A DNA stretch of 64,000 nucleotides from Terriglobia bacterium (GTDB lineage Bacteria; Acidobacteriota; Polarisedimenticolia; Polarisedimenticolales; JAIQFR01). The stretch is taken from contig CAVVHE010000008.1 in the NCBI GenBank assembly GCA_963748015.1, positions 32,001 through 96,000 on the forward strand. The letters are read 5' to 3'. Below are positions 61,680-64,000 of the stretch, one piece after another. Position 1 is the stretch's first letter. Each line of letters begins with the position of its first letter. The translations under genes and the position numbers were made by a program. The notes under the pieces were generated by a model. The model was not told the DNA's origin, ran no database searches, and worked only from the letters and a program-made list of their open reading frames with translations.

Positions 61680-61708
61680 TTGACAGCATAGAGGACTAAT
61701 TCTATCCT
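61680..61708 (+). promoter_or_regulatory. sigma70 promoter of the RND operon
   Basis: TTGACA-N17-TATCCT; ATAGA-N8-TCTAT inverted repeat within it. Confidence 0.65.
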
Positions 61709-61784
61709 ATTTCGGTCAGGGATGAGGACGGCGGGGTGCATTCGCGGCGCGGCCGCCTCTCGGGGTTGGAAAGGAAAGGTCACG

Positions 61785-62912
61785 ATGCGGAAGGTCGTCG
61801 TCTCGATCGTCATTCTCGTCGCCATCCTCGGCGCGCTCGCCGGCGTCAAGGCTTTCCAGATCGCCGCAATGGTCCAGGCCGGAAAGGACTTCACCGTCCC
61901 AGCCGAGACGGTGAGCAGCGTCACGGTCCGGGAGGAGACGTGGCCGTCCACGCTCTCGGCCGTCGGCACCGTCCGGGCCGTGCAGGGAGTCGTGCTGCGG
62001 GCGGAGCTCGCCGGCACCGTCCGCGAGATCGCGTTCGAGTCGGGAAGGGCCGCCGAGACGGGCCAGCTCCTCGTGCACCTGGACACGTCGTCGGAAGAGG
62101 CCCGATTGCGGGCGGCGGAGGCGCAGGCCGAGCTGGCCCGGCTCAACCTCGAGCGCGCGAGGAGGCTCCACGCGCAGGAGCTCCTCCCGCAGTCCGAGCT
62201 CGACGCGAGCGAGGCGGCGTCGCGGCAAACCGCGGGCTCGGTGGACGACATCCGCGCCGCGATCGCGAAGAAGACGATCCGCGCCCCCTTTGCGGGCCGC
62301 CTCGGCATCCGGCTGGTGAACCTCGGCCAGTTCGTCAACGCGGGGGACCCGATCGTCTCGCTGCAATCGCTCGACCCCGTGTACGTGGACTTCTCGTTGC
62401 CCGAGCAGCAGCTCGCGTCGGTCCGCCGCGACCTGGTCGTGCGCGCGACGACGGACGCCACTCCGGGGCAGGTCTTCCTGGGATCGCTGACCGCGCTGAA
62501 CGCCGACGTGGACGCGTCCACCCGCAACATCCTCCTGCAGGCGACCCTCCCGAACCGGGGCGGCACGCTTCGGCCGGGGATGTTCGCCAAGGTCGAGGTG
62601 GTCCTGCCGGAGGCGCAGAAGCTCCTCGTGATCCCCGCGACCGCGGTGCTCCACGCGCCGTACGGCGACTCGGTGTTCGTGATCGCCGAGCCCCGTGACG
62701 CGAAGGCCGGCGGGAGCGGCAAGGAGGCGCGCCTCACGACCGTGCGGCTCGGCGAGACCCGCGGCGATTTCGTCGCGGTGACCCAGGGCCTCGAGGCCGG
62801 ACAGACCGTCGTGTCCTCGGGGGTCTTCAAGCTCCGCAACGGCTCCCCGATCGTCGTGGACAATTCCCTGGCCCCGGCCGCGCAGGCAAAGCCCCAGCCG
62901 GCCGATTCCTGA
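61785..62912 (+). CDS. RND efflux membrane fusion protein
   Basis: N-terminal TM, IRAPFAG, LRPGMF, GLEAGQTVVSSG. Confidence 0.93.
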   Translation: MRKVVVSIVILVAILGALAGVKAFQIAAMVQAGKDFTVPAETVSSVTVREETWPSTLSAVGTVRAVQGVVLRAELAGTVREIAFESGRAAETGQLLVHLDTSSEEARLRAAEAQAELARLNLERARRLHAQELLPQSELDASEAASRQTAGSVDDIRAAIAKKTIRAPFAGRLGIRLVNLGQFVNAGDPIVSLQSLDPVYVDFSLPEQQLASVRRDLVVRATTDATPGQVFLGSLTALNADVDASTRNILLQATLPNRGGTLRPGMFAKVEVVLPEAQKLLVIPATAVLHAPYGDSVFVIAEPRDAKAGGSGKEARLTTVRLGETRGDFVAVTQGLEAGQTVVSSGVFKLRNGSPIVVDNSLAPAAQAKPQPADS

Positions 62913-62922
62913 TCGGAAGACC

Positions 62923-64000
62923 ATGCGCTCCTTCACCGACGTCTTCATCCGCCGGCCCGTGCTGGCGATCGTGGTCAACCTGCTGATCGTGATCGCGGGG
63001 GTGCAGGCGATCCGCTCGCTCAACGTGCGCCAGTATCCCCAGAGCGAGAACGCCTCCGTGACGGTGACGACCGTCTACGTGGGAGCGAGCGCCGATCTCG
63101 TGAGGGGCTTCATCACGACCCCCCTCGAGCGCGCCATCGCGGCGGCGGACGGGATCGACTACCTCGAGTCCCAGAGCGCCCAGGGGGTCTCGACGATCAC
63201 CGCGCGCCTCAAGCTCAACCAGGACGCGACGAAGGCCCTGTCCGAGATCTCCTCGAAGGTGGACCAGGTCCGGGGCGACCTGCCGCCCGAGGCGCAGGTG
63301 CCGGTCATCAACATCGAGTCGGCCGACTCGCAGTTCGCGTCGGCCTACCTCAGCTTCAGCTCGGACATCCTGCAGCCCAACGAGATCACGGACTACCTGG
63401 TCCGCGTCGTCCAGCCCCGCCTGTCGGCCCTGGAGGGAGTGCAGCGCGCCGACCTCCTCGGCGGAAGGACGTTCGCGATGCGGGTCTGGCTCAAGCCCGA
63501 CCGCATGGCGGCGCTCAACGTCAGCCCGGCGCAGATCCGGCGGGCGCTCGCCGCGAACAACTACCTCGCCGCGGTCGGCCGCACGAAGGGCTCCCTGATC
63601 CAGGTGAACCTCACCGCGAACACCGACCTCCGGTCGGTGGACGAGTTCCGGCAGCTGGTCCTGCGGGAGCAGGACGGCGCCCTGGTCCGGCTCCAGGACG
63701 TCGCCGACGTCGTCCTCGGCGCCGAGGACTACGACAGCGAGGTCCGCTTCTCGGGCCAGTCGGCGGTGTTCATGGGGATCTGGTCTCTCCCCAACGCGAA
63801 CTCCCTCGACGTCATGCGCCGCGTCCGCGCGGAGCTCGGGAAGATCCAGGCGGACCTGCCGACCGGGATGAAGGCCAGCGTCGCGTACGACGCGACCGCC
63901 TACATCAACGACGCCCTGAGCGAGGTGCTGAAGACGCTGATCGAGACCCTCGCGATCGTCGTCATCGTGATCTTCCTCTTCCTCGGGTCCCTCCGGTCGG
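62923..64000 (+). CDS. RND efflux permease (AcrB/MexW-like), truncated at the right edge
   Basis: MRSFTDVFIRRPVLA...VRQYP...FAMRVWLKP...VIFLFLGSLRS; not in the ORF track because it has no stop. Confidence 0.93.
   Translation, partial: MRSFTDVFIRRPVLAIVVNLLIVIAGVQAIRSLNVRQYPQSENASVTVTTVYVGASADLVRGFITTPLERAIAAADGIDYLESQSAQGVSTITARLKLNQDATKALSEISSKVDQVRGDLPPEAQVPVINIESADSQFASAYLSFSSDILQPNEITDYLVRVVQPRLSALEGVQRADLLGGRTFAMRVWLKPDRMAALNVSPAQIRRALAANNYLAAVGRTKGSLIQVNLTANTDLRSVDEFRQLVLREQDGALVRLQDVADVVLGAEDYDSEVRFSGQSAVFMGIWSLPNANSLDVMRRVRAELGKIQADLPTGMKASVAYDATAYINDALSEVLKTLIETLAIVVIVIFLFLGSLRS

Overview
High-GC bacterial chromosomal region with no tRNA, rRNA, CRISPR array or transposase/integrase. 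The gene repertoire suggests Acidobacteriota, but that is inference. Main content: exported hydrolases (M14, M28, S8 subtilase, tricorn S41, serine hydrolase, two sulfatase-like proteins, polysaccharide deacetylase); a Phe/Tyr catabolic operon (hppD-hmgA-unknown-fahA-acetoacetate-CoA ligase-phhA) with no maiA; a glutamine synthetase; a Crp/Fnr regulator with a divergent 4Fe-4S protein; a cbb3 oxidase operon with fused ccoNO; a secreted tetraheme cytochrome; polyP:AMP phosphotransferase; a two-gene CydA-like oxidoreductase with fused heme c; two GT-C-type membrane proteins; and the start of an RND efflux operon. At least eight single-base frameshifts look like assembly errors and create false fusions in the ORF track. 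Most notable observations: (1) a Cys-containing C-terminal domain shared by unrelated secreted proteins, a candidate sorting or surface-display signal; (2) a Fic-HTH protein lacking both its catalytic His and inhibitory Glu, behind a nested palindromic operator; (3) an unknown gene in the maiA position; (4) structured intergenic repeats with compensatory changes, a MITE-like element, and a 3'-end duplication flanking a sulfatase gene.
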